From Eledone cirrhosa (Eukaryota): DNA of 64,000 bases. The position numbers were made by a program, and so were the translations under genes. The notes under the pieces are model-generated. The model saw only the letters and a program-made list of their open reading frames with translations, had not been told where the DNA came from and made no database searches. The stretch spans positions 189,968,001 to 190,032,000 of the forward strand of contig OZ024740.1 of assembly GCA_964016885.1 (NCBI GenBank), written 5' to 3'. Positions 28,326-43,849 of this stretch are shown here, in pieces (positions within the stretch are counted from its first letter, which is position 1; every line of letters starts with the position of its first letter).

Positions 28326-31300
28326 ATCAAAATGAAAATCCGAGGCAAGGTAAAATTCCAATCATTTAATCACGACACATGTTTCAATAAGAGATAGATC
28401 GAATGTGAAGTCATGATCGATTATCAATGAACTCATCAGGTGAAAATGAATTGTGTTCAAATTATTAATATGAGGGAGAAAAATAACGATGATCTCTCAC
28501 ACAATTCATTCCCTCAGATGAAGACACACCCGTCAGAGACAGAGCGACTTCTATTAACTTCAGTTGAGGTCATAACAATTTTCATAAAATGTTTCTATCG
28601 CTGCAAAAGACGCTGTACATCTATCAAATCTGTAGGGATACAGTCAGTCACAGTTAATGTGAGTGGGTACACACACATTACACACCTACATAAACCGGTT
28701 CGAGGTCAAAGAAAAATATATACATGTATATACACACATCAACACAGTATTAAACCTGCAGAGTTAGCGTGGGTGGGTACACCACACTCTCACACACACC
28801 CAAACGATGTCCGAGAAAAAACAAATATAAGAAAACAAATGTAACAATGTACCAACGCAGCACTCACCGAAAGTTAGTTCCCAAAACAACAGAAACTATA
28901 TTGGTCAAATCTCAATTTGACGATGTAAATTGGAAATATTGGGTTAACCAACGCCTCATACACACACATAAACACACAGATGCAAGTAAGTTCAGTTCAG
29001 TGTTCTGCTATACGTGTTTAGATTGAACTGTACGATCCATATCTTCAAGTGTATGTTATGGTATATACCCATCTTAATCGTCCAAAAAACGTATGTCCGG
29101 GTATATACACATCCATGTGACGAGCAAGCAATCAGCTCATATCGAACTCAGTATGTACCGCTGTCCCATTGAGAATCCGAGTCACAAATCCGTGCATGCA
29201 AGCAACCGCAATGTAGGCCAGCAAAGGGCTCCGTTTAGGGTTGTGTATTTTGTAAACGCGTCCGTAAGTGCGATTTCCCGTCATATGGGCCAATGAGCTT
29301 TTAAGATAGTTGTTTGAGAAGTGGAGGTGTGTTATCCAACACAGAAGGTGGAGTAAAAAAAACACAGGATAGAAAAATCCAAAGGATGTGTGTAGGCCCA
29401 TTAATGGTGTGTCAGTATTATTGTTCAATCCGTAACAGTGAGTCCTCCATGGTTAGATGATCACGGATCAAACCCTAGTGTAGTGTTCAGTCGCTAGGAA
29501 CGTGGCGGTCGTAATTCTGGGAGCTCAATGTCTAAAGGAAACGGGTACTGTGTGTAGAGTTATGTGTAGAGAGCATAATCGGTCCTAACTAAGTGTGTAA
29601 TACGACTAGATATATCCCAACTGAGAGAACCCTATGGTTAGCGTACCTTAAATAAAATTAGGTGTGCGTAATCAGTCATGTCTGAGTGTGCAATCAATTA
29701 CTAACTCGGTATATTAAGTGTGTAATCAATCTAACTATTTAGTAGCTAGGTATTCTAAAGAAGTGCACTCAGCTGTGAGAACTCCGCGGAAGCAGGCCGA
29801 GTATCGTTTGTAAGCGCGCACACAATCTTAGCCGTCGAACTACCCGAGTGTGTGACTGTCTGTTTATTGAGAGAACTCTATGGCTAAAGTAGAGAGGGAG
29901 GAGTTAGTGGTTGGTTACCTTCCAAAAATCCTGCGGAAGGTTTACGAGGTTCTATGTTGGCAGTTGCTGAAAAAATCTGCTCTCCTATTAAGTAATAGGG
30001 GGCCGCCTCTAATAATATTAAAAATGTCAGCTATACATACATTGCAGACGGCCGTTCTGTCGTTATAAGGTTGGGCTGAGCAAACTATGGACCAGGATAA
30101 GGAGTGCTCTATATTCTGATGTTTAAACTTCCAGACTAATTCAGAAAGTGCCGTGCTATTTTTTTAATCTAATCTATTAAAGGTATGGCGTTGATTATAC
30201 CATATATCCTTAAATTCTGTGGCAGTTGCCCCAACATACCTAAATGTTCTATCAGCAGTGGAGACTTACAGTCGTAGACTATGTTTTGGGTAAGGCATTT
30301 CCCAGCCATGGGGCAGTTGGCGGTACTTCTGCAGTTACATTTTTTGCTATCGACCTGGGTAGTTCCAGATGGACCACGGTACCTTTGGGGTCGGGTCTCA
30401 GTTCCTGTCTGTTCTATGGGTACATTCCATGGAGTTGGGGAGACCCGACTCGCCTCACGCGTATGAGTCAGTTCCTCAATAGAGCCGCCATTGTTCCTGC
30501 CATGCCTAATTCCCTCATGGGCTGTCCTAAGTCTACTATAATTCATCTTAGCTATATTCTGAGCTCTGTTACTAGTCGTGGAGTAGGACAGCTCGGTGGT
30601 ATTTCTATTGACAATTTTATAATATCTGTGCGATCTAGGGAAGCATTTATCTAAGGCCCTAAAGAAAGGCTTAGCTATACTAGTGGTCAGGCCAGTGGAG
30701 TAAGGGGGATTATACCACAGGACTTTTCTGGTCCGATGCCTCTTGTTCTTACTAACTATATTAGAATTACCTGTCTCCCTAGTAGTTAATGGTTTATTGT
30801 AACTGGAAATTGCCTGTTGGTCGATAGTGTCCCGGGTTTCACCATTGTGTTCGGAATCGTCCCAAGTCTCCAGGGTGGTGTAACCCCCCCCCCCCCCCGT
30901 GCGGCCTTTGGGATTACCTTCGTTAGCCGGGGTTGTATCCACTATGCGTCTGCTACACCTGTCCCTATTCCCCTTACTCGACCCTCGTTCCATACTGCGT
31001 TCAACGGTAGTTTTATCGGTTCCACAATTAAGGTTACCATTAGAGTTTCCGCTGGCGTTACGTTGCTCAGACCCCGTGTTAGTACCTGGGGGGTTGTTTC
31101 TATTGGTACCAACAGCACTGCGACTAGGCTGCAATACAACATGAAGTCTATATAAATCCTCCCTCATGTCACGCCTGCTGTTAACTAGAGTATCAGTATT
31201 TAGGCCTAAGCTATCGCAGCAATGTTGCTTCTACTATTTAATGGACGTTTGAATGAGATTCCCTCGCTATGCCCCGCGCGTTCCAGGGCGCTATTATAGT

Positions 31301-32441
31301 AATTCGAGATCTTATTAAAAGTATCTTCATTGGAAGATAGTCCTGAAATTCTACTAGAGACGCTTTTGGTAATACCGTTAGTGACTATTCTAGGGTGGTT
31401 CGATTTTGCGTTGACACGGTTTATATTCTTGTCGGGTTTGTGGTAGGGTTGGAAGAGTACTGAATTGAGGTTAAGTGTAACATCTAGAAAATTAAATATC
31501 TTTAAGTTCTCTTCAAATACTATACTTAGGTCTATGTTCTTAAAGAATTTGCTAAGTGTTTTTCCTCACCCTCTCTACCATACTATTATTATGGAACGAT
31601 ACAGTAAACAAAACGTCGTCACGGTAAGCACCGCCTCCCAAGTAGGGCATTTCCACTCCAAGACAATGAAGGAGGTAAATGCCCACCATATCCGTCATTT
31701 GGGCCGGGTCTGTGGATCCCATGGTAATGTCGAAATTGCCTGGCCAATCCTTCCTGGTCTACAGGTTACCGTTGAATTCAATTAAGGTTTTCCTAGCTAA
31801 GAGAATAATGTTAATTTCTTCGGATGTAAGGTCGGTGTTTACATCGTCAAATTGAGATTTGACCAATATAGGTTCTTTTGTTTTGTGAACTAACTTTCGG
31901 TGAGTGCTGTGTTGGTACATTCTTATATTTGTTTTCTTATATTTGTTTTATCTCGGACATCACTTCGGTATGTGTGAGAGTGTGTGTGTACCCTCCCACA
32001 CTAACTTTAGAGGTTTAATACTGTGTTGATGTGTGTATATATATGTATTAATTTTTCTTTGACTTCGAGCCGGTGTATATGGGTGTGGAATGTATGTGTA
32101 TCCACTCACATTAACTGTGACTGACTGTATCCCTAAATATTTGATAGATGTCCAGCGTCTTTTGCAGCGATAGAAATCTGAAAACTTTTATGTCCTCAAC
32201 TGAAGTTAATAGCAGTCGCCGTGTCTCTGACTGGTGTGTCTTTATATGAGGGAACGAACTCTGCGAGAGAATATCGTTAATTTTCTCCCTCATATCAATA
32301 ATTTGAAAACAATTCATTTTCACCTGATGAGATCAGTGATACTCGATCATGGCTTCACAATCGATCTATCTCTTATTGAAACATGTGTCGTGATTAAATG
32401 ATGGGAATTTTACCGTGCCTTCGGATGTTCATTTTGATAAT
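28326..32441 (-). mobile_element. 5'-truncated Penelope-like element with inverted 5' pLTR (31840-32441) and 3' pLTR (28326-28950)
   Basis: RT FDITMGSTDPAQMTDMVGIY..YRDD (~31735-31615), FLDVTLNL, WYNPPYS, GIY-YIG CNCR..CPMAGKCL..IVY..YVG; frameshifted; ~600-bp inverted terminal copies. Confidence 0.95.
28370..28443 (-). ncRNA. Hammerhead motif with enlarged stem II (copies 32320-32393 +, 62043-62116 +)
   Basis: tcac-CTGATGA-(47 nt incl. gataatcga/tcgatctatc)-GAA-AC(atgt)GT-C-gtga conserved in three copies. Confidence 0.65.
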
Positions 32442-32566
32442 TATACTCCGTTTTACAACATCTAGCTGTGGAATTGAAGATATACAAAAGCGTGGAGAAC
32501 TTAATATTTGTAACATAAAGTTATTGGACCATTTTACACAACCAATAATGGCCTTTACTATATAAC

Positions 32567-32609
<43 letters not shown>

Positions 32610-32610
32610 T

Positions 32611-32700
<90 letters not shown>

Positions 32701-32889
32701 GATAACAAATTATCGTTATAGGTAATCCAGTTATACAGACTATATTTTAACCTGTAATCCTTGTTTCATGTCTGTTGCACTTCATTTTTCCACCCCCTTT
32801 CACTCTTTCTTCTTCACTGTGGTATTTGAATCTACTATCATTTGGGCTTATTTTATTCATATATATATGTTTTTGCATGTCAGATTCAA

Positions 32890-33642
<753 letters not shown>

Positions 33643-33863
33643 ATCGCACAGCGTCTTCCCAGTGGCGTGAATAGGATTATCGACAGCTAGAAATAGAAGC
33701 CGAGTCCATTTAACTGAGTTAGCTCTACAATAAACGGGGCGTATATTTCCAAAATTAAATTAAGGGTTGTCATTTCTGAGAGACATGCACCATATCCACT
33801 GTAGAATAAGCTCAAAGATTCCAATGAATAGATGCGAGCATTTCATATCAACTAAAAATACGT

Positions 33864-33920
<57 letters not shown>

Positions 33921-34174
33921 CATGGAACAATCACAGGATTTGACTACTGTGATTTACTGATTAATTGCTGGAATATATTTTTTACTTAAAGAAATATATA
34001 CAAAGGGGATTAATCATTTTAACAGGTATCTATATTTGAAGTTCTAGTTAAACTTTAATCGGTTACTTACCTAGCTATGTGTGCTTACACACTTTACAAA
34101 TTATTCCCTGTGATTGTTCCATGTATTTATATTATATATATATATATATGTGTGTGTGTCAATCTATTTCTAGT

Positions 34175-34215
<41 letters not shown>

Positions 34216-34216
<1 letters not shown>

Positions 34217-37200
34217 GATAACAAATCATCGTTATATGTAATCCAGTTAGAGGTCGTGAGCACTCTGTCAAGATGGATAGTTTTAACGTACGGTGTTGTT
34301 TAACTCAACAAGTGCTCTCCTTCGTTAGGTAGCAAATTCGCGGGAATTCCGAGGCAGGTTAATCTTGGAGTGAAAGAGTGACGAATAACATGGTCAACGG
34401 TATAAAAAGGGTTTTATTTACAGTATTAACAATTTTTTCATTGAATAGGACGTCTAAAGGTTGCTAATCACTCAGAGTTGTTTCACTCAACCTTAAATGC
34501 AGTGTTTGCCTAATCAAATCATCGGAATTAGACATCCCAATCAATGAAACAATTCTTAATACTGTAAATAAACCCTATTTGTACTGTTGACCATGGTATT
34601 CTTCACTTTTTCACTATTATTACTCCAAGATTAACCTGCATAGGAATTCTTGTGAACTTGGGACCTAACTAAGGAAACCTCTTTTTGACTCAAATAACGC
34701 CGTTCGTTAAAACTATCCACAATACAAAGTACTCACAACCTCTAACTGGATTACCTATAACGATAATTTATCCCATATACCCAGTTCCCAATAGGTTGAG
34801 CAACAACCTTAACGCACGGTACTAACATGGAAAGACACCATGTCCTTAAAAATCATACCTATACCTACAGACAGGGAATATACGCTCGGTATGATACAGT
34901 GTACTAATGATTTCATCCGCTGAATCCGATGGAAGGAATATCATTACGATAAATGACATACTAATAACACTGAGGAATTTACTAGTGAAAAATACGCTTG
35001 ATGCCTTCAAACCTGACTTCATGAACATGATAAACGGAACCAAATTCATAAAACGGACAGGTTACAACAAACTGCAAAACAACATCAATGGACTATTAAA
35101 AGAACTACGCAACACCCACGGTATTATATTAGAAGCGAAGAACACATCAAACGTATCCACCATGAGCCTTAATACATAAAATAACTTTATATGCCGTGAA
35201 TTACACAAACAATACAGGTAAATTACCGAATCTACTCTCACTAGCATTATTAAGGAAGGACTTAGCAGGATAAAAGAACTGAAAACATCTGATAGAACCG
35301 ACCCTCCGACCACTTGTACCCCCACATTTAATCTAAAAGTTCATAAAAATAACTTCGAAACTGATCCCACTATTAGATTAATATGCCCATCGAAATCGGA
35401 TATAGATAGAATTAGCAAGTATATCATAGATAGGATAATAGCACAGATTAAAGAGAAACTAATAATTAAGCTATGGGGTAACACTAACGAAGCAATATAT
35501 TGGTTTAGCAAAATAGACATAGAGTTTGACATCAATGACTACTACTCCATTTCCTCAGTCACCCTAAATATAGCACTAACATTTGCACAGAAAAACCTGG
35601 ACCTAGCCTCTGATGAAATTAGAATAATACTAGCTGCTAGGAGAACTATCAGTAGGTTCGATAATAATTACTGGGAAAGAAAAAAACAGACAGAATAGCT
35701 TCGGTATCACTATGGGATCTAGCGACTCAGCTCAAGTAACAGACATAGTTGGAATATATATATAGCGCATAACTTACATAAGGAATTTAATAACCGCCAA
35801 GGAGGAATTTATAGATACGATGAACTCCTTTTAGCTAAAAACTTAAATAATCAAAGAATCTTCAATAGACTAGGCAAAGGCATCACTTTCAAACTTAACT
35901 CTAAAAGAGCTAACTTCCTAGATGTAACACTCAACCTAAATACACGACTAATAGAGCCCTTCCATAAAAATAACGAAAAGCTAGCATATATTAGTTATAT
36001 CTCAAACTACACTCGTTCCATAATTAACTCCATAGCACATAGTGTATCCCTTAGAATGTCACGCTTATCTTCTAACCTAGAGATTTTTAATGAACACGCG
36101 AACTACTATAACATAGCTTTACTTAACGCAGGTCATAAGGAGAGGCTCAAATACATACCACATAGAGACAACAACAACACACCTAACGACATCAACACCA
36201 CACACACCTATAGAAATAGCAAATATAGGACTAAACATAGACATAGACAACGAGCACCAGAAATAACTGAACCGAATACTAATATAAGGACCCGTAGGAA
36301 CTATAGAAAATCAAGGGATAGGAAATACTTATGGTTCAATCCAATATTCAACTCCTCTATAAAAACCAAACTATCTTCTGCATTCTTTAAACTAATTGAC
36401 AAGCACTTCCATAAACTTCACAAATACCATAACATCTTTAAGAGAAAAACTAGCAAACTGTCTTACCCTACTGCACCCAACATAGAATCACACATACATA
36501 AATTAATAATAGAGTAATCTCTAATGAAAATAACCTAACAAAGAAACACCATAACACCAAATACAAAACACAAACACATAACAACATCACAACCACACAC
36601 ACGCCAGAACGCATCGCAACAAAACATCAACAAACCTAAATCTCAACACATACATAACAACATACAAAACAGCAACGGAGAACCTGCACACAGGAAGGCC
36701 TCCAAATGTATCTGCCACTTACCGTATAAGCGCTCAATACAAAATAGATGCCTGGAATAAAGTATGGTGTCCCTGTGTACTATCAATTCGGGCAACTTAG
36801 CATGGCACTACATAGGTTCTACGGCTGGGGAGTTAAAACAAAGATGGTATGTTCTCAGACATTCTATGAAGTACCGTAGACTAGAGAACACATCAACGCT
36901 GGCCAATAAAATGTGGCAGCTTAAGGATACAAACCAATAATACAGGACTAGCTGGTCGACCTTATCGGCTGCAAAGGCATAGAAAAACCGAATGTCCCAC
37001 TGCCGATTTTTGCAATAGGGAGCTGTTCCATATTTTAAAGTATGTCAAAATGCTGCTTAGCAGCAAAATAGAATGATCAATTTTTTCCAGGTACAAAACA
37101 GCTACTAAATTCACAAATTTCCAACTAACATGATTCGATCCAACAATCCCATAATTCAAGCGGATCCACCCAGAGTCTACCATAATAACTACATGCCAAC

Positions 37201-37892
37201 CCACTATTATTAACTGTCAACAGACCAACACATCACTAAATCAACATCATAAACCTCCTAACCTTTCTTTCACTCTCTCTCCCTAAAACTATTGCACCTG
37301 TGCTCCTGTATCTTATCCTGTATCCTATCCTGTATCTCCTAACCTCTAACCTAACTTCTAATTTATTAATTTATTTTGTATATGTTATTTATCATTATTT
37401 TCCTTCTTCCTACTCTAACCATCTGTGATTTAACCAATACATATGTATATATTTAATATTTATGTTCATATTAATAATATTCCTACCCTCATCACATCTT
37501 TATACTTACACACCACTATAACTTTAACCACCACCACACCACTATTTTCAACAATCATATTATGTTCATATATTTTTTAACGTATATTTTTTTACTTATC
37601 ATTATCATCGTCATTCTAACTTCTTTATTATAATTTATTTATTTTTATTTTTATTTTTCTTTCTTTATTATTGATGTTTTTATTTGAATTCTCCATAGTA
37701 TAAATACAAACACCGAGTATAATTTTGTAGGTTATTCCGATGATTTGATTAGGCATACACTGTATTTAAGATTGAGTGACACAACGTCCAGTGATTAGCA
37801 ACTTTTAGACATCATAATCAATGAAACACATGTTAATATTGTAAATAAAACCCTTTTTGTACTGTTGAACATGTATTCTTCACTCCTTCACC
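34216..37892 (+). mobile_element. Near full-length degenerate Penelope-like element with palindromic 5' pLTR (34216-34774) and 3' pLTR
   Basis: RLICPSKS, ITMGSSDSAQVTDIVGIY, FLDVTLNL, WFNPIFN, GIY-YIG MVSLC..YIGST; stops and frameshifts; ends at (AG)n. Confidence 0.95.
37732..37848 (+). ncRNA. Hammerhead-like motif with C4 core and ~65-nt loop II insert
   Basis: ttatt-CCGATGA-t ttgatt(~65 nt)aatcaa t-GAA-ACA..TGT-A-aataa; homologues at ~34413-34530 (-), ~39127-39231 (-), ~42317-42432, ~49033-49150. Confidence 0.6.
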
Positions 37893-37912
37893 ATATATAT
37901 GTATATATATAT

Positions 37913-37916
<4 letters not shown>

Positions 37917-38003
<87 letters not shown>
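37917..38003. repeat. (AG)n microsatellite
   Basis: Uninterrupted AG dinucleotide run. Confidence 0.98.
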
Positions 38004-38008
<5 letters not shown>

Positions 38009-38898
38009 GATATATAGAGAAAGAGTGAGAAAATGGAGAGATGGAGAGAGTGATACATATGTAGATAGCTATAAATATATATTATTCCCAATGTCGACTA
38101 ATTTTTCAACATTGTGTATAGAGAGATGTGGTAAAGGGGAATATATTCAAATTAATATTTCTCAAACACAGCTACCACAACTTGTTTGTCATATACGTGT
38201 TATATTATAATTATACATACACAAACAAATATCAGACTCACACATACGACCGAAATGCCATGAGTCCGATTCTAGGCAGTGCATTGTTATCTTGAGCAAG
38301 ACAATGTGTTTCAAGTTGGGGAAGTCCACACTAGTGACAAAGGTGAATTACATCAATAATTCGAAGGCCCAGATTGTCACAATCTGTTTCCGGCCGAATC
38401 TCTTTGAGAATTTCTTTTAAATGTACGCATGACTGAGGAATGCTCAGCCACTTGCTTCTTCAGTTCAGGAATAGTCATCGTCGTAACAGACTGAGTGCCC
38501 TTGTTTTTTTTAAGATTAACTTGGCGAGGTATGAAGTTTGAAACTACTAGAGGCATGTATGCCCGATAAAACTACTATAAGCTCCAGCCATAGATAATAA
38601 CCCACACGTTACCACACACACACAGGGGCATCCGTAGACACACGTACATACGCAAATACATACAAATCGATATACATATATATATATATATAATAGGTTA
38701 TTGACGGTCGTGGAAATAATTTACAATATTATATTACAGATTAATAATTTTATTAATGTCTCAGTGTCCTCGTAGTCTGAAATATCGGGCAGTTGGGTTT
38801 ATCTGACAAGACAAGTGCTCTTGTAAACATTTACGAATCTCCAGACAAACATCGTACTCACTCGACCTTAATAGAATTATACATTTATGAATTATACA

Positions 38899-38933
<35 letters not shown>

Positions 38934-38948
38934 TATATATATATACAA

Positions 38949-41900
38949 GGGATAACAAAATATCGTTATAGGTCATCCAGTTAGAGATGGTGAATAATTC
39001 TTATTATGGAGAGATTTACGTAGGTGGCGAGTTTATGAATTCACGTGTATTCCCATGTAAGTTTATCTTGGAGTAATAAAATTAAAAAAAGTGAAGAATA
39101 ACATGGTCAACAGTACAAAAAAGGGGTTTATTTACAATCTGATAATTGTTTCACCGATTAAGTTGTCTAAAAATTGCTGAACACTAGAAGCAGTGCGACT
39201 CAATTTTAAACACGATGTTAGCTTAATCAGATGATAATGATAATGATAGAAATGATGGGTCTCCCAGTGAAAAACATGGGTTCAAATCTTGTAAACATCC
39301 ACCGAACAACCCACAACTTGATGCCTTTGAACTTGACCTCATGAACATGATAAAAGAAACTAAATTAAAAAACGAACGCATCATAAAAAGCTGCAAAATG
39401 ACAGCAATGCACTACTAAGAAAATTGCGTAACAACAACGATATTATTCTAAAGGCAGACAACACTTCAAACGTATACTCCATGAGCCTTAATACATAGAA
39501 CAACTTTATACGCCGGGAATTACATAACAAATACAAGAAAACTACAGAGTCAACACTCAATAACATTAACAAGGAAGGATATAACATAGTAAAAAAAACT
39601 TAAAATAGCTGATAGAACCGAACCTATAACCCCTTGTAAACCCACTTTTAATCTGAAGGATCATAAATGTAGCTTCGAAACTGGCGCTACTATTAAATTA
39701 ATATGTCCATCAAAATGAGATATAGGCAAAATTAGCAAGTTGATACTAGATAGAATAATACTTCAAATTAAAGAAAAACTAACAATCAAGCTCTGGGGTA
39801 ACACTAACAAAGCAATATATTGGTTTAATAAATTAGACAATAGAGAATCTTCCGACTTCATACAATTTGAGATTAATGACTACTACTCTGCTATTTCCAC
39901 AGTAACCCGAAATAAGACAAAATCCTTTGCACCAAAAAAAATCTGACCTGTCACCAGAGGAATTTAAAATAATACTAGCTGCTAGAAGAACAATCATTAG
40001 ATTCGACAATAGTTACTGTGAAAGAAAGAAATAGACAAAATAACTTCGATATAAATATGGGATCAAATGATTCAGCCCATGTTACGGACATTGTCGGAAT
40101 ATATATAGCACATATCTTACATAAGGAATTTGATAACCTACAAAGAGGAATTTATAGAGACGATACAATACTTTTAGCTAAAAACCTAAATAATCAAAAC
40201 TTAGAAAGATTACGGAAAAAGATTCCAAAATTCTTTAATAAATTAGGCATTAACATCAGTTTTGAACTCAATTCTAAAAAAGATAACTTCTTAGATGCAT
40301 CGCTTAACCTAAACACAGGACTAATAGAACCCTTCCATAAAAATAATGAAAATTTAGATTACATTCATTATAACTCTAATCACCCTCGATCAATAAGTAA
40401 CTCCTTTGCACATAGTATATCCCTTAGAATCTCGCGCCTATCCTCTAATCTAGAGAGTTTTAACGACACGCTAACTATAACAACCTAGCTTTACTTAAGG
40501 CAGGCCATAAAGAGAGACTCAAATACATACCATATACAAAAAATAACAACACACTTAATAGAAATAACACTATCCACATTATAGAAGCAGCAACTCTAGG
40601 ACTAAACATAGAAATTGGCAACAAGCACGATAATTAATTGAACGGAATACTAAAATAAAGACCACTAGTAACTATAGAAGATGCAGAGATAGAAAGTACT
40701 TATAGTTCAATCCAGTATTGAACTCCTCTATAAAAACAAAACTACCTTACACTTTCTTCAAATTAGTTGACAAACACTTCCCTAAAATTCATAAATATCA
40801 TTAAATCTTTAATAGAAAAACTATCAAACTATCATAATAGAATCGCACACACTTAAAATTAACTATAATATAATTTATAATACAAGTAGCCCGCAAATAA
40901 GTACCATAACACTAAATGCAAAACACAAGTATATAATATCATCATAACCAAACACACGTCAGAACACATCACCACAATAAATCAACAAACCCAATTCTCA
41001 GCCCATACATAACAACATACAAAATCATATCGAAGAACCGGCACATAGGAAAGCATTTAAATGTAACTGTCATATACCTAATAAATGTCCATTACAAAAT
41101 AGATGCCTGAAGTCAAATATAGTGTACCTATGTACTATAAAGTCAGCCAGCTTAGCATAGCACTACATAGGAACCACAGCGGGGGAGTTTAGGAAAAGGT
41201 GGTATGTCCATAGACACTCTATGAATAACAGGAAGCTCATCAATACAACAACACTCCCCAATAAAATCTGGCAACTCAGAGATGCAAATCTGGAATATAA
41301 AATCAGCTAGACGAAGCTATCAACAGCAATAGCCTATAGAATTGGCATGTCCCACTGTGGCCTTTGTAACATGGAGCTTTTCCAAATCTTAAAACACAAC
41401 AAAATGCTACTTAACAATAAAATCAAAAGAACTATTTTCTGTAGGCATAAAACAGCGACCAAATTTGACAACTTTAGACCAACCTAATTCATCCAATCTA
41501 TTCCATAACCCAAATTGTACCACTTAGATCTATTGTAATATCTTATAATATCCTATTATCATCATTGTTATTATAATTGTGATCATCTATCAATGAATCA
41601 AAATCATCAGCTCTTATATTTTACATTCATATTTTATATATCTCTATCTTTCATTTTCTATCTTTCTCACCCTATTTTATTCCATATCTGGCATTTTATC
41701 TTATTTTATCTTACTCTATCTTATCATATCATTTTCACTTCTAATATAACTTGTAAGTAATTAATCAAATATTTAATTAATTATATAATTAATTTATTAA
41801 AATAACCAATACACACATAAATATATTTAACATTATCATGTTTATACATTCGTATCTCCCTATAATTTAACCACTCTCAATAACCACTTTCAATAATCTT

Positions 41901-42475
41901 AATATGTTTAAATTTCTTCGCACATTTTTACTTATTTATTTTCATATTTTATATTATGTTGTATCATCCTCGATGTAACTTGTTTATTTATTTACATTTA
42001 TTCATGTATTAATATTAATCAATTTATTGTTGTTATCATTATTTTCCCTCTATTTTTCTTTCCCTCTAAATTTGTTTCTCCGTTATCCTTTTCTCTCCTC
42101 TTTCTCGCCTCCTTTCTCTATGTCTTTTTCTCTATGTCTTTCTCTCTATATATATCTCTCTCTGTTTTCCTTTTCCTTTTTTTTCTTTTTCCTTTTTCCT
42201 TTTTCTTTCTTTCTTTTATCTATCTCTCTTTCTTTTTTTATTTCTCTCTCTATATTTATTATTTATATTATTAATGTTGATGCAATTTGAATTTGTAAAT
42301 TTACCGGTTATTCTAGTTATCTCCGAAGGTCTGATTAGACTAACGTCGTATTTAAAATTGAGTGGCACTGCTTCTAGTGTTCAGCATTTTTAGACAACTT
42401 AAGCAGTGAAACAATTGTCAGACTCTAAATAAATCACTTTTTTTTTTGTACTGTTGTATTCTTCACTTTTTCAAT
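38949..42475 (+). mobile_element. Second degenerate Penelope-like element (paralogue of 34216-37892) with inverted 5' pLTR
   Basis: FDINMGSNDSAHVTDIVGIY..GIYRDD..FLDASLNL; CNCHIPNKCPLQNRCL..IVY..YIGTT..CGLC..LLN..CRH. Confidence 0.95.
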
Positions 42476-42929
42476 TATATATATATATATATTTAGAAAA
42501 TCGAAGTGTTCTCAGCGCGAAAGGTAGTCGTAACAACTGTATAATATTTTCATAGTAAATTTTTTTCGGGAGATGGAGATGGAGAATCGAAAATGAGATT
42601 TAATGTTTTATACATAACTGTTTCTACTATTGGCACAAAGCCAGCTATTATTCTAGTACATTACTGGTACTTTATTTTATCTTTCTCTCTTCATCACGCT
42701 ATCTACTTTTGTTCTCCCGTTTTCGCCTCCCTTTATTTTTGATTTTAACACAGATAATTATGCTTACTGCTGCTGCTGCACCGGTTCGAATAGCACACAG
42801 GCTATCTTTGTATCTCTCGTGATTGCCTCCCTCCATTCTCTGCCACTGCTGCTGTTGCTATTTCCGCCTACTGTTGCGCTTGCTCTCTCTCGAATAACAT
42901 AAAACATTCTGTCGAACGATCTCTACGAA

Positions 42930-43004
<75 letters not shown>

Positions 43005-43145
43005 TATATATATATTTATGTATATGGGGTTCTAATAAATATATATATATATATGTATGTAAATGGTAAACAGAAATAACAACACAATCGGTACACTATA
43101 TGGAAGGTATATATTAGGTTAACGCTTGATATTGCAGGAAGAGGG

Positions 43146-43181
43146 TCTTAACGTTTCGGACGCTAGTCCTTCATCAGCAGA
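43146..43181 (-). ncRNA. Minimal hammerhead motif in PLE-type pLTR
   Basis: CTGATGA-a ggac(tagc)gtcc-GAAACGTTA; stem I imperfect. Confidence 0.55.
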
Positions 43182-43717
43182 AAAAATAAGAAATAAAATA
43201 GATTAAGGGGACGGGCAGGATGGAATTGGTAAAAATGTCTTTAGATAAAAATAATAGGCGCATTCATGTTGACATCTCTTTTAAAGTTGACACAGTAAAG
43301 AAGAAAACAAAAAAAAAACAACGTGGAAGCGAAGAGGCAGTACAAATGTACTTCATCAGGAGAAAATTGGGGAGGAAGAGAGTTCCTAGGGTGTGTGGGA
43401 AGTGGTGGAAAGACATTAAAAAAAGGGGGGGGGCATTTTTTTAGAGAACAAAAATATTAAAAATAAAAATAAACAAGTGGTGAAAGGGTGTGAGGAGTGT
43501 ATGGGTGGTGGTGGTTAAAGGGGTGGTGGAGAGGGGAGAGGGAGAGGGGGTATTTGTGGGGAGGGATGAAGGTGGTGTGTGTGTATGTGTATAGGTTTAT
43601 GTGTGTGTGTGGATGTGAATGTGAGAGTTGGGGGAAGAACGGGGTCCCATATTCGGGTAATAGGGAAACCGGTATATACATGGGGTGGCGTGTAAATCGG
43701 TGTGTGTGTGTGTGTGC

Positions 43718-43771
<54 letters not shown>

Positions 43772-43849
43772 AAAGTAGATATTGAATTAGAAACTCAAAA
43801 TAGTCTCTTACAATTAAGTAGCTCAAGGAAAGAAATTATTCTAGGCCGT

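Noticed and set aside
38240-38500. Possible SINE fragment (cttgagcaagaca); also 42560-42680
   Set aside because: Too decayed to delimit or assign without a library search
34216-42475. In-frame TGA codons as possible selenocysteine recoding in PLE ORFs
   Set aside because: TAA/TAG stops and frameshifts are equally present, consistent with neutral decay; no SECIS identified
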